Assembly (NCBI GenBank): GCA_020344955.1
Contig: CP070831.1
Span: 2,372,479 to 2,416,871, forward strand
DNA from: Promethearchaeota archaeon
Lineage (GTDB): Archaea; Asgardarchaeota; Lokiarchaeia; Sigyniarchaeales; SOKP01
Reading direction: 5' to 3'
Length of the DNA: 44,393 nucleotides
Program-made: the position numbers and the translations under genes
In this document: positions 18,605 to 28,040 of the stretch, in pieces
How positions within the stretch are numbered: the first letter of the stretch is position 1
How the letters are laid out: each line of letters opens with the position of its first letter
Notes under the pieces: generated by a model
The model's database searches: none
Seen by the model: only the letters and a program-made list of their open reading frames with translations
Told to the model about the DNA's origin: nothing

Positions 18605-19603
18605 TTATATTTTTTCTAATTCTGGTGGAATATAACCAAAAGTTTTAAAAAATCTTTTTCTTACTTCATCAATATTTAAATAATGCGTTTGAGCTCCACT
18701 AGTTTCGACTACAAATGATCCTATAACAGCACCTAATCTACATGAATCCAATAATGTCATATCTAGTGTTAATCCTGTTAATATACCAGCACGATATCCG
18801 TCTCCCGCTCCAGTAGTGTCCATAATTTTTTTAGGTGTTGCAATAGGGATTTTAACATGAAATATTTTCTTCTGCTCATTTTTATATATCAATTCAGAGC
18901 CTTCTGAGCCTTTTGTTATTACAATTGCTTTAACATATTCAAGAATATTCTCTTCATTTAACTTGGATTTTTCTTTTATTTGTTTTATCTCATGTGTATT
19001 ACCAATTAATATTTCTGATAGCTTGATTATATTTCTTAAGCTATCTTTTTGAAAAAGTGGTGTTACTTGACCTGGATCAAATATCGAGGGGATTTTTAAC
19101 TCATTTAACTGAAAAGCGAAATTAATCATAGCCTCAACACTTTGGGTTGAATTTATTGCGTAAATAAACTCTTTGGGATTTGAGATTTTTTCCTTTAATT
19201 TAATTTCCTTACACTTGTCTAAAGCTCCACCATGAAAAATGATCATTTGATTAGATTTAATATCATTGACTATGTAACAAGCTGCTGTGAAAAGATCCTC
19301 ATATACATCAACTAGTAAATCTACATTATCAAATTGATTTATATGATCCTTATATCCTAATCTTTCGAAATCATTCCCTACCGAACCAAATAAAGAAACT
19401 TTAGCAATATTTAAAATTCCTAAGTTATAAGCAATATTACCTGCAGTTCCTCCAAAAAATTGATGACGACTGTTTGCTGTGACTGTGCTTTGATATTCTT
19501 CTTTATCATGATTTATCGATACTGCATTAATAAAACTTTCTTTAAATCCCATTATATAATCGAAAGCTAAGGAACCGAGAACAAGAACTTTGTTTTTTAC
19601 CAT
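18605..19603 (-). CDS. PfkB-family sugar/nucleoside kinase, adenosine-kinase-like
   Basis: PfkB signatures are GGTAGNIAYNLG and DTTGAGDGYRAG. The N-terminus VLVLGSLAFDYIM resembles bacterial-type adenosine kinases. Its position between apt and MTAP also favours a nucleoside substrate. Confidence 0.8.
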   Translation of the reverse strand: MVKNKVLVLGSLAFDYIMGFKESFINAVSINHDKEEYQSTVTANSRHQFFGGTAGNIAYNLGILNIAKVSLFGSVGNDFERLGYKDHINQFDNVDLLVDVYEDLFTAACYIVNDIKSNQMIIFHGGALDKCKEIKLKEKISNPKEFIYAINSTQSVEAMINFAFQLNELKIPSIFDPGQVTPLFQKDSLRNIIKLSEILIGNTHEIKQIKEKSKLNEENILEYVKAIVITKGSEGSELIYKNEQKKIFHVKIPIATPKKIMDTTGAGDGYRAGILTGLTLDMTLLDSCRLGAVIGSFVVETSGAQTHYLNIDEVRKRFFKTFGYIPPELEKI

Positions 19604-19775
19604 AACACATTAAAATTAATATTAGGAATATATTTTACACTAAGGAATGCTATGTTAAAACTTTATAGAATTTGACCATTGCCAATATCTTTTTTGAAAA
19701 AAAATTTAAAAAAATCTAAATACTATATTTTAAACACTCTATATAAGTTAGATTATAAAATATAGGAGAAAAACG

Positions 19776-20534
19776 TTGGTAAAAATTGGAATTATTGGAG
19801 GATCGGGATTAGATAATCCTGACATTTTAAAGGACGCCAGGGATATCGAAGTTGATACACAATATGGAAAACCTAGTTCTCCTTTAAAATTAGGAAACAT
19901 TCATGATGTTGAAGTAATTCTCATCGCTAGACATGGAAGAGAACATACTATACCACCAACACAAGTAAATTTTAGGGCAAACATTCAAGCTTTAAAAGAT
20001 CAAGGTTGTTCTCATATTATTGCCACAACTGCATGTGGGAGTTTGAGAGAGAAGATAGATAGAGGAGATTTAGTGATTCTTGACCAATTTATTGATTTCA
20101 CCAGACTTAGAAAAATCTCATTTTTCGAGGAATTTGCACCTGGAGATATGAAACATACACCAATGGCTGATCCATATTCCGAGGAGTTGAGAGAAATACT
20201 TATTGAAACCGCCAAGGAACTCAATCTTAAACATCATGAAAAAGGAACAGTAGTAACCATAGAGGGCCCAAGATTTTCTACAAGAGCAGAATCAAATATG
20301 TTTCGCATTTGGGGTGCTGATGTAATAAATATGAGTGTCGCTCCTGAAACAATTCTTGCAAATGAAGCAGGGATTCCATATGCTGCTGTCGCTATGTCTA
20401 CAGATTATGATTGCTGGAAAGAGGATGAAGCACCTGTTACTTGGGAAGAAATCTTAGAAATTTTTAGCAAAAATGTTGATAATGTTATTGCTTTATTGAC
20501 TAATACAATAAAAAAAATGAAATTATCTTCCTAA
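19776..20534 (+). CDS. mtnP: S-methyl-5'-thioadenosine phosphorylase
   Basis: KIGIIGGSGL, ARHGREHTIPPTQVNFRANI, TACGSL, EGPRFSTRAES and GADVINMS are the MTAP/PNP-family blocks. The start is TTG, preceded by AGGAG 7 nt upstream. Confidence 0.92.
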   Translation: MVKIGIIGGSGLDNPDILKDARDIEVDTQYGKPSSPLKLGNIHDVEVILIARHGREHTIPPTQVNFRANIQALKDQGCSHIIATTACGSLREKIDRGDLVILDQFIDFTRLRKISFFEEFAPGDMKHTPMADPYSEELREILIETAKELNLKHHEKGTVVTIEGPRFSTRAESNMFRIWGADVINMSVAPETILANEAGIPYAAVAMSTDYDCWKEDEAPVTWEEILEIFSKNVDNVIALLTNTIKKMKLSS

Positions 20535-20548
20535 TTCTTTCTAATTTA

Positions 20549-20557
20549 TTTTTTTTT
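20549..20557 (+). terminator. T9 run, candidate oligo-T terminator after mtnP
   Basis: TTTTTTTTT begins 15 nt after the stop codon. Confidence 0.35.
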
Positions 20558-20695
20558 AAATTTGGTTTTATTAAAATTGTAAAAAGATTTGAATATTTTC
20601 TATTAATTATAGATTTTTAAAAAAGTTGATATTCTTTTAATTGTTTTTAAGAATAACATCTTTTTATATTTTAATTTGAATAAAGTCTTCTTAAT

Positions 20696-22003
20696 ATGGT
20701 TAAAATCTCTTTTTTGGGAAGTTGCAGAGAAATTGGGCGTTCAGGAATTTTAGTTGAGTCAAAAAGTGGATCAAAATGTCTCTTAGATTACGGGATTGGT
20801 TTCAACAATGATAATAGGTTACCTCTTCAAACAGATATCTCAAATTTGAAAGCAATTGCTTTAACTCACAGTCACATCGACCATTCAGGAGCATTACCCT
20901 TCATTTATAAAACGTGTAAGGTTCCATTATTTACTAACTCAATTTCATTAGAAATTACTGAACTTTTAATAAGGGATATGATAAGGATTTCAAAATTTCC
21001 ATATCCATTTGGTTTTAGAGAATTAGACTATTTAAAACAGCATACATATTTTCTTGAAAATGGAATTCGTCAAAGGATTGATGATAATTTTTATTTAACT
21101 TTTATTGATGCAGGACATATTCCCGGAAGTGTTTCAATATTACTTGAAGTTGATAATAAAAGATTATTTTATTCAGGAGATATCAATACTCAAAAGACTA
21201 ATTTAATAACCTCTGCTAATTACTTGGATGTACCCCAATTGGACGCGGTAATTATTGAATCCACTTATGCTTTAAAAGAACATCCCCCCAGGAAACTACT
21301 TGAGGATAAATTTGTAGAAAGAGTTATTAACGTCACTGAAAATGGGGGAACAGTATTGATTCCTGCATTTGGAGTTGCTCGTTCTCAAGAAGCGTTATTG
21401 ATTTTAGAAAAATATAACTACTCCGGAAAAATTTTTATAGATGGATTAGCTCGAAAGGTCTCTAATATTTATTTAAATCATCCTAAATTCATTAAGGATA
21501 TAAAAGCTTTTAGGCGGATAATTAAAAGAACCCACTTTATTAAAAAAAGAAAAGATAGGATTCCTGTAAAAAAATCAAGTGGAGTCATTATTTCTCCATC
21601 TGGTATGCTTAAGGGAGGCGCTGCAATAGATTATATAGAACCTATTTTAAATGATCCAAATTCAGCCATCTATTTAGTAGGATACCAAGTTGAAGGTAGC
21701 CCTGGCAGAGGATTATTAGATAATGGAATTTTTGAATTTCAAGAAACAAATAATAAAAAAGATATTTTTAAAAACCTTCAAATTGAAGCAAAATGTGACT
21801 ACGATTATTTTGATTTTTCCAGCCATGCGGATAGTATACATCTTTATGAATATATTGAAAACTTAAATTTTCAAAATAAGAACTGTAATAACATATTTTG
21901 TATTCATGGAGATAATAAATCAACTACTACTTTAGCAAGTGAATTAGTGAAAAATGGTTATAATTCAGTTGCACCTGAAATTGGAGAAATTTATCAATTA
22001 TAA
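20696..22003 (+). CDS. metallo-beta-lactamase / beta-CASP ribonuclease (aCPSF2 / aRNase J-like)
   Basis: MBL motifs are HSHIDHSG (HxHxDH), DAGHIPGS and SGD. Beta-CASP motifs are ESTY (A), FSSHAD (B) and IHGD (C). The N-terminus is ISFLGSCREIGRSGILV. It lacks the KH domains of aCPSF1. Confidence 0.85.
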   Translation: MVKISFLGSCREIGRSGILVESKSGSKCLLDYGIGFNNDNRLPLQTDISNLKAIALTHSHIDHSGALPFIYKTCKVPLFTNSISLEITELLIRDMIRISKFPYPFGFRELDYLKQHTYFLENGIRQRIDDNFYLTFIDAGHIPGSVSILLEVDNKRLFYSGDINTQKTNLITSANYLDVPQLDAVIIESTYALKEHPPRKLLEDKFVERVINVTENGGTVLIPAFGVARSQEALLILEKYNYSGKIFIDGLARKVSNIYLNHPKFIKDIKAFRRIIKRTHFIKKRKDRIPVKKSSGVIISPSGMLKGGAAIDYIEPILNDPNSAIYLVGYQVEGSPGRGLLDNGIFEFQETNNKKDIFKNLQIEAKCDYDYFDFSSHADSIHLYEYIENLNFQNKNCNNIFCIHGDNKSTTTLASELVKNGYNSVAPEIGEIYQL

Positions 22004-22027
22004 ACTTGAAAATCGATTTATCTATAG

Positions 22028-23548
22028 TCATTTTTTATATAATTGCTTACGAATTGCTATATTGCAGTTTTTTAGAAAAATTTCTACTTTATCTACAGGT
22101 ATTTTTGTACCTGCTGCAGGGGGATGACCTCCACCCAGAACATCTAAATTTGATCTATTACACGCTTCTCTAATTGCATTTGAGAGGTTTACTCCTTTAT
22201 TAACTATTTTTTCATGCGCTCGTGCTGAAACTTTATAAACATTCTCATCCTCCCTTTTTGCTAAACCAAAAATAGGTTTTAATTTATCAAATTCCTCACT
22301 ATTTTCAAATACTAGCATAGAAGCAATGGTTCCAACAATACTTTCAGTAATGATGTCTTCTCCAAAAAAATACTGGATATACTCCATTTGCTGGATTTTT
22401 TGATTATCTTTAAGCCATAAAAGACTGTCTAACAATTTTTTTTTGTAATTTATAAGTATTTCTTGAGATTTCTTGTAAGCAATTTTCCTATCACCCATTG
22501 CAATAGCAATCCCTAATGAAGCACTATTTAATCTTCCACATGCATTCAAGAGATTGGAAAATTCCGCTAAATCATGTAATTCTGAGCCTTCTACTTCGCT
22601 ATTCAATAAATATCTATTTATAATTAACTTTTCTATAATTTTATTCGGTTCAATATCCAGTTTTAATGAAGCATATTCAATAATGGCAGAAGTAATTTTC
22701 TGCTTTTCATCTTTATCAAGTTCATTTAATGATCGAATATTACCATCTGAATTTTCCATCAATATGCCTAATGATTTTAAAAAAAGTAGAGTTCTATTTA
22801 CATCACCCGTTAATCCTGGTAGATTAATTTCTTTAGAATAAGCAATTGCTTCATTTAAAGGTTTTATTGAGGAAAAATTTAAGTCACTTTTCACTTCGAT
22901 AAGATCTAATTCTTTTGCATTTTCCAAAATTCTTAAGTTTAAGCCTATAAATGATTTGTTTGGACCTTGATTTTGAATATCACCTATTGCCCCAATAATG
23001 GCATTAAATGACAAGTCCATATTTTTTTTATTTAAACTTTTAGCAAAAAAATAACATAATCCTGCTCCAGAGATCTCTAAGCTTCCTTCAAATCCAAAAA
23101 AATATGGATTTATATGCCATTGACGAGTATTTTTATAAGCTCGATTTAATTTATCGGTGTCCTCTTTGGAATCAATATCCTGAGGGAGATGATGATCAAG
23201 AATTATAAAAGAATCAAAATTTTCCTTCAATATCAGTTCATTTTGAAGTTCTAAATATTGACCACTGCCAAAATCAGTAAAGAAAATAAAATTATTTGAA
23301 TTTTTTATGTTTTTCAAGATTTTTTCAATTTCTTGTTTTTCCAATTGCCTTAAAACAGTAATCTGAAACGGGATATTTTCCCTTAAAAAGCATTTCCCCA
23401 AAATTGCACCTGCGCTTAATCCATCAGCATCCAGATGCGTATATATATGAATAGATGTTTCTTTTTCTCTTAAATGGCTAAGGAATTTAATCTTTATAGC
23501 ATTTATGGCTTCAATGAATTCCTTAAAATTATCTTTTAGATTATCCAT
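22028..23548 (-). CDS. recJ: DHH/DHHA1 phosphoesterase, archaeal RecJ/GAN (Cdc45-like) nuclease
   Basis: DHH-family motifs are HLDADGLSAGAI, FTDFGSG and ILDHH. The DHHA1 motif is GGGHPPAAG near the C-terminus. Confidence 0.85.
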   Translation of the reverse strand: MDNLKDNFKEFIEAINAIKIKFLSHLREKETSIHIYTHLDADGLSAGAILGKCFLRENIPFQITVLRQLEKQEIEKILKNIKNSNNFIFFTDFGSGQYLELQNELILKENFDSFIILDHHLPQDIDSKEDTDKLNRAYKNTRQWHINPYFFGFEGSLEISGAGLCYFFAKSLNKKNMDLSFNAIIGAIGDIQNQGPNKSFIGLNLRILENAKELDLIEVKSDLNFSSIKPLNEAIAYSKEINLPGLTGDVNRTLLFLKSLGILMENSDGNIRSLNELDKDEKQKITSAIIEYASLKLDIEPNKIIEKLIINRYLLNSEVEGSELHDLAEFSNLLNACGRLNSASLGIAIAMGDRKIAYKKSQEILINYKKKLLDSLLWLKDNQKIQQMEYIQYFFGEDIITESIVGTIASMLVFENSEEFDKLKPIFGLAKREDENVYKVSARAHEKIVNKGVNLSNAIREACNRSNLDVLGGGHPPAAGTKIPVDKVEIFLKNCNIAIRKQLYKK

Positions 23549-23647
23549 TTTCTAGAAAAGCAGCAAAAATAATATTATATTATAATAAATTATCAAAATA
23601 ATAATATATACTCAATTAAAAAAAATAAAATAATAAGGTGAAAATAA

Positions 23648-24643
23648 GTGCATCATGTAAAAATAAATGAGCTTGCAAAGAGAATTATTGATGAATTAAT
23701 TCAGAATAAAGAATTCTATAATACAGAGATTTATAATTTAGAAAATGGAGCAACTGTACTTGATATGACCAATGCTTCTTGGATTGGAGGAAAATTAGTA
23801 GGAGAAATCTGTATGGGTGGTTTAGGGAAAGTTGAATTTACATCATATAATTTAGATGGACATTATTTACCAAGTGTTAACGTTTATACTTCAGAACCAA
23901 TTGTTTCTTGCATGGCATCTCAATTAGCAGGATGGAATGTCAAATTGAAAAAAGAAATTGAGAAAGAGGGACAATTAAAAAAAAAAGTAGTATTTCAATC
24001 ATTAGGATCTGGTCCTGCTCGGGCAAAAAGCAAAGTTGAAAAGATTTTTGAAGAATTAAATTATACAGATGAATCTAATTGTGCTGTAATTGTTTTTGAA
24101 ACTCCAAAATTACCAAATGAAGAAGTTATGGAAATAGTTGCTACAAAATGTGGTGTTAATACCCTAGACACTTATGCTGTATGCGCTCCAACAGCATGTT
24201 TAACTGGGTCAATCCAGGTTGCTTCTAGAATTGTTGAGACCGGAATCCATAAATTACATGAAATTGGATTTCCTATACATACAATAAGTAATGGTTTTGG
24301 TACAACTACCATTGCTCCAATTGCTAAAGATGATCTAGGCGCCATGGGGCGTACAAATGATTCTATAAGTGCAGCTGGTTTAACCTATTATACAATTAAT
24401 GTTGAAAAAGATAAAGAAAGTGAATTATTTGAGCTTCTTAAAAAGGCTCCAGCAGAAACCTCATCTAGTTATGGAAAACCGTTTTTAGAAACATTTAAAG
24501 AAGCAAATTATAATTTTTATGAAATCGATCCAGGATTATTTGCGCCTGCTATTTACACGGTCACTAATATTAAAACTGGAAAAAGTATTACAGTTGGGAA
24601 AGTTAATCATGAATTATTAAAACAATCATACGGATTGTATTAA
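23648..24643 (+). CDS. mch: methenyltetrahydromethanopterin cyclohydrolase
   Basis: Mch blocks as I remember them include LENGATVLD, CMGGLGKVEF, AGWNV, GSGPARA, APTACLTGSIQVASRIVETG and GRTND. Also present are YGKPFLETFKEANYNFYEIDPGLFAPA. The start is GTG, preceded by AGGTGA 7 nt upstream. Confidence 0.94.
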   Translation: MHHVKINELAKRIIDELIQNKEFYNTEIYNLENGATVLDMTNASWIGGKLVGEICMGGLGKVEFTSYNLDGHYLPSVNVYTSEPIVSCMASQLAGWNVKLKKEIEKEGQLKKKVVFQSLGSGPARAKSKVEKIFEELNYTDESNCAVIVFETPKLPNEEVMEIVATKCGVNTLDTYAVCAPTACLTGSIQVASRIVETGIHKLHEIGFPIHTISNGFGTTTIAPIAKDDLGAMGRTNDSISAAGLTYYTINVEKDKESELFELLKKAPAETSSSYGKPFLETFKEANYNFYEIDPGLFAPAIYTVTNIKTGKSITVGKVNHELLKQSYGLY

Positions 24644-24695
24644 TAATATATCTATTTTTTATATCTAACTCTTTTTTATAAAACAAAAATAAGAA

Positions 24696-25784
24696 TCATA
24701 TATTCAACAATTCTTCTTCATACTTATGGATCTCATCACTGGAAATGTCCCGATCAAATTTTATCTTTTTTTGAATACCTAAATACGAACATGCTAGTTT
24801 GGCAGCAGCTGCAACTTCTGCTTTTTTTAGAGTAATAGAATACTCATCTTGTTGAATTTGATCTTCTTGATATAAATTTTCTTGGTATTTTCGATCCTGA
24901 AATCGCGTAGCTCGTTCATTTTTCATTTTATATAATAAGGATGCCATTTTATTTGCTACTTTAAAGTTTAATTGATTCTTGACTATTACTCGGATAATAT
25001 TATTTACATCAAAATAATTCAGAGTCTCATATTTTGCTCGAAGATAACTTTTTAGATTTTCTGAATTCTTCTCACATTCAATTTCCATCCAGTCATGAAT
25101 TGCTAGCTTTCGTCGAAAGAAAATTAACTCCCAATCAATATTTAGTTCCTTCAATAACTCAAATAACAAATCATCGTTAGATTTTCTTGATTCAATGATT
25201 ATATAAAGTTGTAGACCGTAATATTTATGTTCTTGTTGAAGGAAAAAACCTCTTTGTTGCATTGAGGCAAGGATTAACACTTTTATAGAGTATATATTTT
25301 CTGAAATGTTCTTTTTCCCACAATTTAGATATATAACATTACCTTCTTCGCTAATATATTCGCTGTCTAAAAAACCTAAAATGTTCTCCTTGTTATCCTT
25401 AATAAATTTCATTAAACCAGTAATAGTAGGTTTCACGTCAAACTTAATAAGATCATTCTCTCCAATTGTTACATAGTCATGATAATTGCTACCGACCGCT
25501 AACTTAATGGAATTTAATTTGAGCTCCTTATCAGCCCCAAAGACTTTTTGAAAAGCATTATTTATAGGAAAAACTTCTTCCTCTAAAATTTTTAAATCCG
25601 CAATAGAACTCTCATAAGGTTCAGGTTCATTTAGCACTTTATTTAGCACAGGTGCTTCTGAGGCATCAACCTCTATTTCATATGATTTTGCTAAATCTTT
25701 TCGTATAATACAAAAAGATCTCTTCTTCTTATTGTAAATTGAGAGTGATATATGATCATCCATTACAGCCCGAAATTTTTCCAT
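24696..25784 (-). CDS. hypothetical protein (362 aa), no recognisable motif
   Basis: This is a long ATG-initiated ORF with GAAGG about 9 nt upstream. It has a mixed alpha/beta-looking N-terminal part and a Q/E-rich linker (YQENLYQEDQIQQDEY). I see no Walker, metal-binding or Cys motifs. Confidence 0.65.
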   Translation of the reverse strand: MEKFRAVMDDHISLSIYNKKKRSFCIIRKDLAKSYEIEVDASEAPVLNKVLNEPEPYESSIADLKILEEEVFPINNAFQKVFGADKELKLNSIKLAVGSNYHDYVTIGENDLIKFDVKPTITGLMKFIKDNKENILGFLDSEYISEEGNVIYLNCGKKNISENIYSIKVLILASMQQRGFFLQQEHKYYGLQLYIIIESRKSNDDLLFELLKELNIDWELIFFRRKLAIHDWMEIECEKNSENLKSYLRAKYETLNYFDVNNIIRVIVKNQLNFKVANKMASLLYKMKNERATRFQDRKYQENLYQEDQIQQDEYSITLKKAEVAAAAKLACSYLGIQKKIKFDRDISSDEIHKYEEELLNI

Positions 25785-26023
25785 AAATTTGCCTTCTGTA
25801 TTGTCTGAACCTATCCTTCTTCTGCGAATTTTTAATCAACTAAAAATTATTATGAATAACTTATTTCTGTTAATTAATCTATAAAATTCCTATTTTATAT
25901 TCTTATCTAAAAAATATTATAAGGTTTAAATTTATTAATTAAAAAATAAAACACCATAAAAAGAAAGTAATTTTTTGAACGTTATTTATTTTTTAGCTAT
26001 AAATCTATGAATTATCTTTTATT

Positions 26024-26203
26024 TTATTCAGACTCCTCTTCTAAGATATAACTATCTCCCTTCTTGATATATGTTATTGTAGAACCAAAATTATTCCGTA
26101 TTGTATATTTATCCCCTTGAACATCTAATACTTCTATCGAATAGGATAATCTTCTATGTTTTAATATATCTTCAATTATTTTTTTTTCTTCTTTTGAGTC
26201 CAT
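26024..26203 (-). CDS. small hypothetical protein (59 aa), below the ORF-track cutoff
   Basis: My own translation is MDSKEEKKIIEDILKHRRLSYSIEVLDVQGDKYTIRNNFGSTITYIKKGDSYILEEESE*. It is on the same strand as the 362-aa ORF and 240 nt upstream of it. It is the only ORF I found by hand translation in an otherwise empty region of about 1 kb. Confidence 0.35.
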   Translation of the reverse strand: MDSKEEKKIIEDILKHRRLSYSIEVLDVQGDKYTIRNNFGSTITYIKKGDSYILEEESE

Positions 26204-26782
26204 ACTTTTTAAATATTAAAGACACCAAAAAAATTTTATCATTTTAAATTTCTGTGATGAGTTAAAATAAGAAAAATCTTGAAATATTACTCTTTTAAAA
26301 ATTAACAAGGATTAAAAGCCATAAAATATATAATTGTAAACTAATATTTCCAGTCTTATTTGACAAATTATCGTAATTATAATCAATATAATGGAAAAAA
26401 TAAATAATATTTATGTACTGGAACCATAATTTAATAAGCCCATTTAATAGATTTAAAACTGTAAAATATTCGATTTAAATTTTATCTATTTGATAATTTG
26501 GGAATTTTTTAATTATTTATAAAAAATCTGCGAGTAAAAATATCTTCTATCAAAAATATCATTATTGGCGGGTTATGCAAGCATAGAATTCAAGTTTGCG
26601 TAGTTGAACGTTAAGATTTTTAATTTTATATCCCATAATTCTTATTAAAAATTCGAATTTTTTTTATTAAATATATTATATTTTTATATAAATATGTTTT
26701 TAATTAAATTAACTAACAAAAAACATGTCTTTAACTTAAAAAGGCATATTTTAAAAGTTCAAACTTTTTTCTTTGGTGCCAT

Positions 26783-28033
26783 ATGGTTAAACAGAAACTA
26801 GATATCGGATTTTTTACATCAATGTATTCACAAGTCAATGGTACTGCTATTGCTTGTCGAAATCTCGCTGAAGGCATTGCAAAATATACTGGGCATAATG
26901 TTCATGTATTCGCACCTAGAATTGAATACCCAAAAACAAAACCTAACAATCTACACCTCTATAATTTTTTTGGTGCAAAAATTGCTCCTAAAACAGGTTT
27001 TGTTCTAAGTTTTCCAATACACAGATACTTTTTTTGTTCCCATGATTTTTTAGATATTACACATATTCACACACATGCTAGTTTTGGTTCTATGGCAATT
27101 AATTGGGCAAAATATTTAGGTATTCCAATGACAGGAACTCATAATTCTCCTCTATCCTTCTATACTGCTCAATATATTCCCGTCTTTGGGAAGCTCCTTT
27201 CAAGGATGGATTGGGTTTGGCGTTATGAAAGACATGTGTTAGATAAATACGATTTAGTTTCGGTTCCCACTAAATCCAAGAAGGAATTACTTAGGCATCA
27301 GAGATTTAAAGAACCTATTATTTGTATGACTAATGGTATTTCTGATTTATATTTTACAGACATAAAAGAAAATGGAGTAAGAGATAAATATAATTTGGAT
27401 AATAAGAAGATACTTTTATATGCATCGAGGTTATCTCCTGAAAAACATCAATTAAGCATAATTAAAACATTTAGAAGGATTCAAAAGGAAGTACCTGATT
27501 CGCATTTAGTATTAGTTGGAAGTGATGGGCCATCTAGTGGACATGTGAATAAGTTGATTAAAAAGAAAAATTATAAGGATATTGTTTCTTACTTAGGTCG
27601 AGTCCCATTCACAGATTTATTAAAATTATATAACACTGCAGATTTAGCTTGCCTTTGGTCATGGGTGGAAGCAGAAGGCTTAGTTTTGATTGAGGCAATG
27701 GCACAAGGAACGCCCTGTGTAGGAGCAAACGCAGTCGGAATTTCAAATGTTATTAAACATGGCAAAACGGGATATCTTGCAAATGATCTTGACCAATTTA
27801 AAGATAAAGTAGTAAAATTATTGAAAGATGATGATTTAAGGGCACAAATGGGAATACATTCAAAAATGGTTGCTCAAAACTATAAAATCAGTAAAGTAGC
27901 TAAAACATGGGTTAAACTATATAAATTTGTGATAAACGAGCTATATCCATTAAGATATTACAAAAAAGAAAGAAAACAACGAGTTGAATTAGTAAAGGAG
28001 TTCGTACATAAATTACCAATCGTAACCTTTTAA
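26783..28033 (+). CDS. GT4-family (GT-B fold) glycosyltransferase
   Basis: The C-terminal domain has the E-x7-E signature EAEGLVLIEAMAQGTPCVGAN followed by GKTGYL. The N-terminal block FFTSMYSQVNGTAIACRNLAEG is typical of GT4. Confidence 0.85.
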   Translation: MVKQKLDIGFFTSMYSQVNGTAIACRNLAEGIAKYTGHNVHVFAPRIEYPKTKPNNLHLYNFFGAKIAPKTGFVLSFPIHRYFFCSHDFLDITHIHTHASFGSMAINWAKYLGIPMTGTHNSPLSFYTAQYIPVFGKLLSRMDWVWRYERHVLDKYDLVSVPTKSKKELLRHQRFKEPIICMTNGISDLYFTDIKENGVRDKYNLDNKKILLYASRLSPEKHQLSIIKTFRRIQKEVPDSHLVLVGSDGPSSGHVNKLIKKKNYKDIVSYLGRVPFTDLLKLYNTADLACLWSWVEAEGLVLIEAMAQGTPCVGANAVGISNVIKHGKTGYLANDLDQFKDKVVKLLKDDDLRAQMGIHSKMVAQNYKISKVAKTWVKLYKFVINELYPLRYYKKERKQRVELVKEFVHKLPIVTF

Positions 28034-28040
28034 ATCTATT

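Noticed and set aside
26254-26300. GTGATGA, a C-box-like heptamer that could mark a C/D box sRNA in the long intergenic gap.
   Set aside because: No CTGA D' or D box lies at the expected spacing of about 12 nt, no second C' box is present, and no terminal stem is evident.
26360-26433. An inverted pair of TTCCAGT heptamers, reminiscent of the TCCAGTGGAAA core of archaeal origin recognition boxes. This raised the possibility of a replication origin.
   Set aside because: Only 7 nt match and the G-string is absent. No orc1/cdc6 gene is adjacent. A chance 7-mer pair is plausible in 579 bp of low-complexity DNA. I mention it only as a detail within the intergenic-gap finding.
26567-26612. A GC-richer patch considered as a possible tRNA or tRNA fragment.
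   Set aside because: It lacks a GTTCRANYC T-loop and acceptor-stem complementarity, and it is too short. No tRNA-like cloverleaf can be drawn.
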